A stretch of 45,871 nt of DNA, taken from the NCBI GenBank assembly GCA_038231675.1, contig JBBRKX010000001.1:1-45871 (forward strand). The letters run 5' to 3'. Made by a program: the position numbers and the translations under genes. Each line of letters begins with the position of its first letter. Positions within the stretch are counted from its first letter, which is position 1. The notes below the pieces were generated by a model. The model saw nothing but the letters and a program-made list of their open reading frames with translations, was not told the origin of the DNA and ran no database searches. Origin of the DNA: Chthonomonadales bacterium. GTDB taxonomy: Bacteria; Armatimonadota; Chthonomonadetes; Chthonomonadales; Chthonomonadaceae. This document shows positions 17,872-25,436 of this stretch, piece by piece.

Positions 17872-18063
17872 TCAACTCCCCGTGGGAGCGAACAGGTCGG
17901 CCTGTCGTGAAGCGTCGGCTATGCGCCTGCACGGCAGCGCAAAGTAATCCGGGCGTTTTTCGATGCCGATAAATCGGCGGCCGAGTTTCATGCAGGCGAC
18001 CCCGGTGGTTTTCATCGGGATGGACACTCGGCGCGCCGCCTGCTCGCTGATTAGTGACGACAC
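17872..18063 (-). pseudogene. C-terminal remnant of an N4/N6 DNA methyltransferase
   Basis: ..[33 protein letters not shown] matches the conserved C-terminal motif (GSGTTG..A..LGR.fIGiE....Y) of ParB-methylase-type enzymes. The catalytic N-terminal part is absent. Confidence 0.55.
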
Positions 18064-18248
18064 CGTTCTGCTCCTGTAGCCATATGCGGTCTAAGGGGCC
18101 GTTTTGGACGGGCGCGAGCGCGGAAAACATTAATGTCCGGAAATGTGTGAGTATGCGCATAAGCCTAGATGGCGCGCTGCAAGATTCTGTTTACTGTTTT
18201 CGATGCGCGTCCATTTCGGCGCATGCAGCTGAGCGGCAGTTCGGTCGC

Positions 18249-18602
18249 TCAATCCCTGCTCTGACACTCGTCAAGCTTGGCTTCCTGTTTCTTGCGGCGT
18301 TGCAGCTCGTTCGCCGTATACAGGACTTCATAGGCAACCGTCGTTCCTATCGCCGCGATGCGGGTTGCCTTGCGGTATTTGGCGGGCTCGGGAATAAATT
18401 CGCTCAAGGCCAGCGGGAGCAAACCGCCTATCATGTGTATCCAGTGCGCTGCCAATCCGTGGGATGCCCCGTGAGAGGTATGCGGGTTATGGAATGCCTG
18501 GCGCTGCTGAAGGTTGTCAAGGTCGTGGGTGTCAGCGGCGGGCGGAGCATAATCGCGCTCCGCGGTACGTTGCGTCCATGAACTGCCGTGATGAGATGCC
18601 AC
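18249..18602 (-). CDS. Small hypothetical protein (possible membrane protein)
   Basis: Slightly better third-position G/C than the overlapping + ORF. Hydrophobic stretch HMIGGLLPLALSEFI. Weak call. Confidence 0.35.
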   Translation of the reverse strand: MASHHGSSWTQRTAERDYAPPAADTHDLDNLQQRQAFHNPHTSHGASHGLAAHWIHMIGGLLPLALSEFIPEPAKYRKATRIAAIGTTVAYEVLYTANELQRRKKQEAKLDECQSRD

Positions 18603-18673
18603 CCCAAAAACCCGTGCGATGTTGTTTGACGGGTAGGAATTTACCGTCTCAACTCTCGGTTGGCAAGGGTACT

Positions 18674-19129
18674 TTATGCAGAGGCTTTGCTAGGTGGAGC
18701 TGCTGCCACAACGGTAATGGATTCGATGAACGGCTCGTGTCCGGCAGGCGGGTCATAGTGCTTCTTGTGGAACTCGCAGATGCTGCCGCAATTGCTAAAG
18801 CTGATGGCGTGGACAACCGGCGCAAGGTTCCGGCCTATAACTTCCACCACCATGAAGGAATAGACCAGTGTGAACGCCCCCTGGTGATCGTGGTCAAAAA
18901 TGATATCGAGCAAATGGTGATAGTTCGGGTATCGTGACGGCTGTGTCGCACAGTGAATATGCATCCGTTCGGCACGGTCCCTGTTGTCGAAGGCAACATA
19001 CGTCCGATCGGGCCGGACCAGAGGTAACACGTTATCCTCAGGCGTCCGACGTGGCGGCTCCGGCTGCTGCTCCTGCCTGCCGCTCCAGAGCTTCCCCATT
19101 CCCCCGCCCGTGTTCGTCTCCTTGCTCAT
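18674..19129 (-). CDS. Hypothetical protein (151 aa) downstream of the relaxase
   Basis: Its start overlaps the relaxase stop by 4 nt (19126-19129). No family recognised. Confidence 0.55.
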   Translation of the reverse strand: MSKETNTGGGMGKLWSGRQEQQPEPPRRTPEDNVLPLVRPDRTYVAFDNRDRAERMHIHCATQPSRYPNYHHLLDIIFDHDHQGAFTLVYSFMVVEVIGRNLAPVVHAISFSNCGSICEFHKKHYDPPAGHEPFIESITVVAAAPPSKASA

Positions 19130-20181
19130 CGGTCCAAGCCTCCGTCATCCCCGCGGTCGCGGTCGGTCAGTTCGTCTTTCACCCGGCCTTGCCAATAATC
19201 TTTCGCCTTCGTGGAAATAGCAAGCAACAGATTGCGGGCTTTCGTCGCCACATTCAAAGCGGCTCTTTGCCACCACCTCATGCCGTCTGACTGAATATCC
19301 GGCACGGCTCCGTGCGTTACTATCGCGTCGGCAAACGGAGCGGCAGCTTCGCGCATGCGCTCCCTTGCTTCTTCCCGATCAGTCGGTGGCGATGCCAGGT
19401 GTTCCCGATGCTCCTCAATCGCTTCTTCCAGCGCGTTCCGCTCAGTGACAAGAGCATTGCTCCTGTCAGTGTCGCGGTTCATGTCACCGCGCTCGCTCGG
19501 CTCGCCACGACGCTCCATTTCGCTGGCGGCCGGTCCTAGATGCGTCGTGGGTTCCTTGTCGATTCCGCGTTCTTTGAAACTGCGGTGGTCCACCCGGATA
19601 TCCGAGTGCGCCGCCGCAAGCGATTCGTTGATGATGTCGGCGGCCAGCTCGCGGAGCTTCACCACTTCTTGCGGGCCGGTCTTCCTGTCATCGAGTACGC
19701 GCGTTTTCTTTCCCAAGCCTTCCGGGGTCATCTCACGAGTGGTAAACAAAATATGCGCGTGGTGGTTCCGGTCATCTCCTTTGCCGCCTGGCGCATGAAT
19801 CGCAACCGACACGGCGACGTGGTAGCGCTCGACCAGCTCGGCGGCAAATTTCTCGGTGATGCGCTGCCGCTCCTCGGGACTTAAAAGAGAGGGCAGGGCA
19901 AGCTCGATTTCGCGGCCAAGCGTGCTGTTGATTCTCTTCTCGGCCCGCTCGGCAGCGTTCCACAGACTTTCAGGGTTATGTGCCCACTCCGGCGCATCTA
20001 ACGGCGCGACCGTAAACGTCGCTTCGACGCCTCGCCTGCGGGTATAGTCGTGCACAGTGGCATAGCGCTCATCATTCAGGCATTCGCCCAAGCGATATGC
20101 CGCTGCAGCGACAACGGAGCGACCCGCCGAACGGCTCACGGGTTTGAGGCTGCAGTGATACCAGCTAGCCGTTGCAGCCAT
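19126..20181 (-). CDS. mobA: MOBQ-family relaxase (MobA/MobL-like)
   Basis: N-terminal MAATASWYHCSLKPVSRS..AAAAYRLGE (catalytic Tyr context) and His triad HAPGGKGDDRNHHAHILF. The start is taken at ATG 20179-20181, because the upstream part of the track ORF runs over oriT-type hairpins. Confidence 0.85.
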   Translation of the reverse strand: MAATASWYHCSLKPVSRSAGRSVVAAAAYRLGECLNDERYATVHDYTRRRGVEATFTVAPLDAPEWAHNPESLWNAAERAEKRINSTLGREIELALPSLLSPEERQRITEKFAAELVERYHVAVSVAIHAPGGKGDDRNHHAHILFTTREMTPEGLGKKTRVLDDRKTGPQEVVKLRELAADIINESLAAAHSDIRVDHRSFKERGIDKEPTTHLGPAASEMERRGEPSERGDMNRDTDRSNALVTERNALEEAIEEHREHLASPPTDREEARERMREAAAPFADAIVTHGAVPDIQSDGMRWWQRAALNVATKARNLLLAISTKAKDYWQGRVKDELTDRDRGDDGGLDR

Positions 20182-20261
20182 GCTCACAACTCCGCTGATG
20201 CTGGAAGGGGTCGCAGGGGTAACGCCCCCGGCGTGGTGCAGGGCGCGAAAGCCCTGCCGCG

Positions 20262-20369
20262 CATCCAACCGGCGCACGGTTGGGCAGGAGTCAAGGGGGA
20301 AGGGGTCGCTTCCCCCTGGCGTGCTTGAACGGCGAAACGTTCACGGCATCCAACCGGCGTACGGTTGGG
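20262..20369. repeat. Two copies (85-bp period) of CATCCAACCGGCG(C/T)ACGGTTGGG, each an internal palindrome
   Basis: Copies at 20262-20284 and 20347-20369. Each contains CCAACCG-gcgya-CGGTTGG and is followed by a G-rich hairpin. A further hairpin, CAGGGC-gcgaaa-GCCCTG, is at 20239-20256. Confidence 0.7.
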
Positions 20370-20433
20370 AAGGGGTCGAGGGGAGGGGGCCGCCTCCCTT
20401 CGTGGGGTCGTAGGGGCGAGGTCCCTGCCGCAC

Positions 20434-20461
20434 GCAAACGCAGTTTGCATAAGTGCGCCCT
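20434..20461 (+). other. oriT: inverted repeat GCAAAC-gca-GTTTGC followed by the RSF1010-type nic core TAAGTGCGCCCT
   Basis: gcaaacgcagtttgcaTAAGTGCGCCCTtcgg. The 12-mer is identical to the RSF1010/R1162 nic region as I remember it (recalled, not checked). Lies between divergent mobA-like and mobC-like genes. Confidence 0.75.
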
Positions 20462-20673
20462 TCGGTCTTCCTGTACACACGATAGTTGCTGGCATGGGGG
20501 TCAGAAAAATGGAGATGATTTTCCCGTTCCTCTCGGTATAGTGGCGTTCGTTTTTGAGCAACAAAAAAACATCGTCACCACTGTATGCGCGTGGGCAGTG
20601 AGTTTCGGACGGGGCGAGTAACAGCCCTGTCCGAAATTACCTTTTTAGGCGCATAGGATTTAGGAGGATGCGT

Positions 20674-20946
20674 ATGGCTGAGAGCAGACTGAAGCAGCTT
20701 ATCGAGAAGAAAAACGCGGTGGTCGCCCGCATCAAACAGGAGGAAGGAAAGATCCGCGCAGTGGAGAGAAAAAGCGACACGCGGCGCAAAGTGCTTGCCG
20801 GTGCGGCAGTGCTGGAATGGGCCCAAAGAGATAGCGAGTTTTCATCGCGACTGATCATGGAATTGAGAAATTTCCTGGTGCGGGACGCCGATAGAGAATT
20901 GTTTGGTTTACCGCCGATTCAGACCCAGGACAAGAAGGCCAGCTAG
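20674..20946 (+). CDS. mobC: MobC-like relaxosome accessory protein
   Basis: ..KQEEGKIRAVERKSDTRRKVLAGAAVLEW.. parallels RSF1010 MobC (..ERKNETRRKVLVGAMILA..). TAGGAGG lies upstream of ATG 20674. Divergent from the relaxase across oriT. Confidence 0.75.
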   Translation: MAESRLKQLIEKKNAVVARIKQEEGKIRAVERKSDTRRKVLAGAAVLEWAQRDSEFSSRLIMELRNFLVRDADRELFGLPPIQTQDKKAS

Positions 20947-21018
20947 AACAACGGCGGGGGGATGTCATAAATATTTCACTAGTCTCGTTGGGCAGATTGG
21001 GCTACGGTCGCCGCTCTT

Positions 21019-21258
21019 ATGGATGACCCTAACTCGAAAAAGCCAAAGCCGCCCTCCGCGCGCAAGCAATGGAAGAACATTACTGACGCGCTGGCCGAGG
21101 ATGCGATAAATGACATTACACCTCTCACCGCGGCTGAACGGGTAGAAGCGGATCGCGTTAGGAGAAACCTGCTCGAAAAAGCGGAAGCGGAAGTCGAGAA
21201 GTGGGGTCAGAAAGAAAGTAAGCGGAAAGCAAAAGCGAAACCAAAATATCTCAACTAG
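21019..21258 (+). CDS. Small lysine-rich protein (79 aa), paralog of 21415..21675
   Basis: Shares RKQWKNITDALAED with LQRWKNICDALAED in the convergent ORF. Confidence 0.5.
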   Translation: MDDPNSKKPKPPSARKQWKNITDALAEDAINDITPLTAAERVEADRVRRNLLEKAEAEVEKWGQKESKRKAKAKPKYLN

Positions 21259-21414
21259 GCCATCGATTCGCGCCTTCTCCATGACGATTCTTCTTCACTT
21301 CGCGACGCGCCCTTCGGCGGTGCTGCCCGAAGCAGGCCGCATTGCTAAATCTATGACAGACTCAGCATCAGACTTCCGACGGCTTGTCGTCCGAAGTGCC
21401 CCTGTTTGTGATTA

Positions 21415-21675
21415 CTATTTCGGCTTCGCTATAACGCCAAAATCAACGAGCCATTCCGGGTTATCAGAAGTTTCATTTTTGGGCAACGGGGACTCTGCGA
21501 GAGCCTCCTTTATCGAACGCATTAACCGCACCCGCGTCAGATCGACCGCGTAGCCAGGCACCGTCGCGGGTTGTTCATCAAGCAATAGGTCTTCAGCGAG
21601 CGCGTCACAGATGTTTTTCCATCGCTGGAGGGAGTCTGGTGAATCGCGTGGTTCTCTTGGCTTAGCCATGTGCAT
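21415..21675 (-). CDS. Small protein (86 aa), paralog of 21019..21258, downstream of the sigma-like gene
   Basis: Shared WKNI(T/C)DALAED motif. 10-nt gap after the stop of 21686..22249. Confidence 0.5.
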   Translation of the reverse strand: MHMAKPREPRDSPDSLQRWKNICDALAEDLLLDEQPATVPGYAVDLTRVRLMRSIKEALAESPLPKNETSDNPEWLVDFGVIAKPK

Positions 21676-21685
21676 TGCCTTCTTC

Positions 21686-22249
21686 CTACGAAGTTTTTAA
21701 GAATTCCATCCGTCTGCGAATCCGTTTTCGCGCCGCCCAATACACTTCGTCACTGATGCGTAGTTGTTTTTGTGCCTTGCGCGCCGGAATCTGACTGCCC
21801 AGAGTGTCAAGAACCCTCAAGGCTATCGAATCTTCCTTGAGCGCTTGCTCAAGGAAGGCGATGTTCTCTTCAGCATCCACGGTAGATTGAGCGATATTGG
21901 GCGCTGCGTGCGAATCGGAGATAGGAACGAATTTGCTGGCACGTTTGAAACGGCTGTCGCCGATGCTTCGCATTATCGCGGCCAGATGGTTGAAGAGTGT
22001 AATGCCCCGCTTCCACTTTCGCCTCATTTGAAGCGTGAGAAGAGCAGCTTCGGCGAACAGATCTTCCGCATCCGTGTCTCCGCTACGGCCAGATAGTCCA
22101 ATTATTCGAAACCGCGCGAACCGCAGGAGCCTCTCTATTTCGACGCGATCTAAAGAGGCCAAGGCTCCGACAACCTCCGCTCTTCCGTGGTGCGGGGAGC
22201 CAGACTCCTGGGGTTGCGGTGCTGGTTGCGGATTTTTGCGAGTCTCCAA
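21686..22249 (-). CDS. Possible sigma-70/ECF-like regulator (187 aa)
   Basis: DAEDLFAEAALLTL looks like region 2, and ISDEVYWAARKRIRRRM like a region-4 HTH. Tentative. Confidence 0.4.
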   Translation of the reverse strand: METRKNPQPAPQPQESGSPHHGRAEVVGALASLDRVEIERLLRFARFRIIGLSGRSGDTDAEDLFAEAALLTLQMRRKWKRGITLFNHLAAIMRSIGDSRFKRASKFVPISDSHAAPNIAQSTVDAEENIAFLEQALKEDSIALRVLDTLGSQIPARKAQKQLRISDEVYWAARKRIRRRMEFLKTS

Positions 22250-22394
22250 AAGCCCTATCTTTACCTAAAACGCGCGAACGGTATGCCGTCAGAATTCAGG
22301 TTCCGGCCAATTTTTCTCGAATCAGCCTAAATACCAGTTTTGCACAGAATACAAGGCTGAGGGCGCAACCAACGCGCTCTCCCAAAGGAGTTTT

Positions 22395-22847
22395 ATGACG
22401 CAAAGGCACGTTACCGACACCAGATGCGCATCCGAAGATGCGCCTAAGCCACCTCCGGACTTTTCACCGCCGCGCGTGGGGGTTCTTCCTCCTCCGTACA
22501 CGCCAGCCGGCAATCCCCATCATCCGGCCGCGCGCGGCCTAGGGCAGGCTCTCGGTCTGCACCCTATTCCCGGCATCACAACGTTGGTCGTGAACACTAT
22601 GATGTTCGGAGGCATGATTGTGAGCATGGGCGCGCTGCTGCCTATGGCGCTCATGGTTGCAGTCGTCCTTGCGTACCTTACCTACCGTTGTCAGCGCTCG
22701 ATGTACGGAGATGACCATGACGCAGCCCTGGCTAAATCTTTGGCCGTTGGCCTCATCACGGCCATTCCAGTCGGCCTTCCGGCGTTCCTCACGGTCCCCA
22801 GCACCGTGATGGGCGTCGTTCACACTCTGCGAAGGAAGGTGAATTAA
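22395..22847 (+). CDS. Membrane protein (150 aa)
   Basis: AAGGAG 5 nt upstream of the ATG. Hydrophobic helices MMFGGMIVSMGALLPMALMVAVVLAYL and LAVGLITAIPVGLPAFL. Confidence 0.65.
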   Translation: MTQRHVTDTRCASEDAPKPPPDFSPPRVGVLPPPYTPAGNPHHPAARGLGQALGLHPIPGITTLVVNTMMFGGMIVSMGALLPMALMVAVVLAYLTYRCQRSMYGDDHDAALAKSLAVGLITAIPVGLPAFLTVPSTVMGVVHTLRRKVN

Positions 22848-22848
22848 C

Positions 22849-23064
22849 ATGGCCGGACTCTGGCAAGGGATCGGTGAAGCCGTTTCCGACATCCGCCAAA
22901 AACTCGTGGAAGAACCGATGTGGGGACGTGCCGTCACGGACCGCGACTCTGCTCCCGAGTGGCCTCAAGCCCAGGAGCCGGAACAGGCGTTCGGCAGCAG
23001 TACACAGAGCCGTGAGATGCAGCCCGACCGCGAACAGGCTCAGGACTTGGACATCGACCGCTAA
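22849..23064 (+). CDS. Small acidic hypothetical protein (71 aa)
   Basis: ATG 1 nt after the preceding stop, and followed by a strong terminator. Confidence 0.5.
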   Translation: MAGLWQGIGEAVSDIRQKLVEEPMWGRAVTDRDSAPEWPQAQEPEQAFGSSTQSREMQPDREQAQDLDIDR

Positions 23065-23079
23065 CACGCATCACGTAAC

Positions 23080-23119
23080 CGCCCCGGCCTGGCTGTCGCC
23101 AGCGCCGGGGCGTTTTTTA
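23080..23119 (+). terminator. Rho-independent terminator
   Basis: CGCCCCGGC-ctggctgtcgccagc-GCCGGGGCG followed by TTTTTTAT. Confidence 0.8.
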
Positions 23120-23162
23120 TCAGGACTAAACCCAAATTTCAATAAGGGAGGATCTGTTCAAA

Positions 23163-24725
23163 ATGTCGTTCGTCAGAGATTTGGATACGGGGCTGCTCAG
23201 GCTGTCGCCTGACGATGTTTTCAGCCTGCGTGACGCCTGTGCCGGTGTTCATGCCTTCGGAGGCATCGGTGCAGGAAAAACGTCCGGGTTGCATGTCCTG
23301 GCCGGCGCGTATTTGCGCGCCGGCATGGGGGGCTATGTCACCGCAGTGAAACCGGACGATATACCGCTCTGGAAGGGCTATGCGGCCAAACACGGACGGG
23401 GCAATTCACTGATTGTGTTTGACGAAACGGAGGGCTTCAACTTCTTAGATTACGAGCTGGGGCGGCAGGGCATGGACGGTATCGGCACGGTAACCGACTG
23501 CCTGATGCGTATCCTTGAAGCCGCAAAGAAAGTAAGCCCGACTTCAAGCCAGGGCGGCGGAGACGCCTTCTGGTTAGACAGCATGCGGCAAGCGCTTCGG
23601 TACGTCATTCCAGCGATTTACGCGGCGCATGGCTCGGTGTCAATCGCGGATATCATTCGCTTCATCAACACGGCGCCCAAGAGCCTGAAAGACCCGACGG
23701 ACCCGGAATGGCAGAAGCGCTCTTTCGCGTATGAGGTGATGGACGCGGCCGTCAGCTGCCCCAAGGTGCCGATGTCACGCGCGGCACTGCGGGACTGTAT
23801 CAACTTCTGGGCCGAGGAGTACCCGGCCATTCCCGATAAGACGCGCGGCAATATAGTCATCACGATTACGAGCGTCCTGGACCGCTTTAAGCACGGCAGG
23901 CTCAATAAGACATTCTGCGGACGCACGACGCTGGTTCCAGAACTAAGTTTTCATGGAGCAGTCATCGTCGATGGAAAACCGACTTTAACCTGGAACGAAG
24001 ACGGAATAATCGCCCAACAGCTTTTTAAGTTTATGTGGCAAAGGGCGGTTCTAGGCAGAAATAATCTTGGGCCTGAACATCGCGACCGACCTGTCTTCCT
24101 CTGGTGCGACGAAGCGCAGGAGACCGTCAGCTCCTACGATTTCGAGTTTCAATCCATCTGTCGCGGCTCGAAAGCCTGCACGGTCTATCTCACGCAATCG
24201 CTGCCCACCTACTACGCCAAAATGGGCGGCGATAGCCCGCGCGATGCCGCGCACGCCCTGGTGGGTAAATTCATGACGAATATTTTCTTCTCCAATGCCT
24301 GCCCGGACACCAATGAATATGCGGCGCGCGTCATCGGCAAGGTGGTGAAACGTCGCGCCAATTACAGCAGCGGGAAATCCGATAGCTTCAATCTCGGGAT
24401 GGCGGCGGGAAGCAGCGAGAATAGCGGCTCGTCGTCTAATTCCGGTTCTTCTTATGGCCAGAGCTTCAGCCATAATTCCGGCTCCGGCCGCAGCAGCGGC
24501 GCGGGTAGCAATTGGGGAACGAATCGGGGCCGGGGAACCAGCGAGAACGAGAGTCGCGGTTATTCCGAAAGCATGGAATATGCGGTTGAGCCGGGGGCGT
24601 TCGCCCGCATCCTCAAGACAGGAGGCAAACCAAACGGCAACCTTGTAACCGGCGTATGGTTTCAGGGGGGCCGGGTATTCAAGGCAAGCGGCAGCAACAT
24701 ACTGCTGGAGAGGTTTCAGCAATGA
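23163..24725 (+). CDS. Type IV coupling-protein-like ATPase (TraG/VirD4/TraD superfamily), Ser/Gly-rich C-terminal region
   Basis: Walker A FGGIGAGKTSG, Walker B VFLWCDEAQE, then about 100 aa of low complexity (GSSENSGSSSNSGSSYGQSFSHNSGSGRSSGAGSNWG). No N-terminal TM helices. Confidence 0.65.
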   Translation: MSFVRDLDTGLLRLSPDDVFSLRDACAGVHAFGGIGAGKTSGLHVLAGAYLRAGMGGYVTAVKPDDIPLWKGYAAKHGRGNSLIVFDETEGFNFLDYELGRQGMDGIGTVTDCLMRILEAAKKVSPTSSQGGGDAFWLDSMRQALRYVIPAIYAAHGSVSIADIIRFINTAPKSLKDPTDPEWQKRSFAYEVMDAAVSCPKVPMSRAALRDCINFWAEEYPAIPDKTRGNIVITITSVLDRFKHGRLNKTFCGRTTLVPELSFHGAVIVDGKPTLTWNEDGIIAQQLFKFMWQRAVLGRNNLGPEHRDRPVFLWCDEAQETVSSYDFEFQSICRGSKACTVYLTQSLPTYYAKMGGDSPRDAAHALVGKFMTNIFFSNACPDTNEYAARVIGKVVKRRANYSSGKSDSFNLGMAAGSSENSGSSSNSGSSYGQSFSHNSGSGRSSGAGSNWGTNRGRGTSENESRGYSESMEYAVEPGAFARILKTGGKPNGNLVTGVWFQGGRVFKASGSNILLERFQQ

Positions 24726-25306
24726 ATCGCCCAGCTCCCTTCGTGCGCCTGGCTGGTTCACCGCTGGGCGCAATCGTGCTTTTCTTTATGTACGGCGCTG
24801 TCGTCCTGGGCTGGTATGAGGGCCATACCGCGTGGTGGCTTGCGGTAGGCGCGGTAGGTGCTGCCATGCGAACGCTGGGAGCGGTCGGGAAGGTGCGGCG
24901 CTATAAGTCCTGGCTGGCCGATTGGCAGGCCATGAGCGCGGAAATCCAACCAGCCCCGCCCGAGAAAAAGCGCCGCGGCCGCGGCTGGTTGGGAATCATC
25001 ACCGCCGCGGCATTGTTCTTCATCATTCCTGTGTGCCTGCCGCAGATACGAGACTACAAGGAGATTGCCAATGCGCTTGCTTGGCTGTGGCTGGTGGACT
25101 GTCTGTTTCTCGTCTTCTTGTTGCTGCGCGGAATCCTGCGCCGATTGGCACGTATCAGGCGTCGATCGGCAGAGGGCCACAGGGCAAAAGCCGAAGACGC
25201 GCCGGTCGCGTGGCTCCTGTGCCGTCCGTCCTCCTCTCCGTCCCGGCTGGATGCAATGCGAAGTTTGCCGGAATATAGTGCCCGGCTGATAAGCGGAGCA
25301 CCATAG
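24722..25306 (+). CDS. Membrane protein (194 aa), ATGA-coupled to the T4CP-like gene
   Basis: ATG 24722 overlaps stop 24723-24725. About four hydrophobic helices. Confidence 0.6.
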   Translation: MNRPAPFVRLAGSPLGAIVLFFMYGAVVLGWYEGHTAWWLAVGAVGAAMRTLGAVGKVRRYKSWLADWQAMSAEIQPAPPEKKRRGRGWLGIITAAALFFIIPVCLPQIRDYKEIANALAWLWLVDCLFLVFLLLRGILRRLARIRRRSAEGHRAKAEDAPVAWLLCRPSSSPSRLDAMRSLPEYSARLISGAP

Positions 25307-25436
25307 GAGGGCCAGTTTTTCAGAAAAATAATGCGGCTGCGCAAACCCTACGGCGCTCTTTGGAAAGCGCGGGTTTGCTTCGCCGTGAAATGTGGCGAGG
25401 TCACCCATAATGTTTGCTCGATTAGCGTTTGCTTCG

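Noticed and set aside
24051-25408. Minus-strand ORFs of 240 and 216 aa
   Set aside because: They are antisense to the T4CP-like gene and the coupled membrane-protein gene. Low-complexity A/R/G-rich translations.
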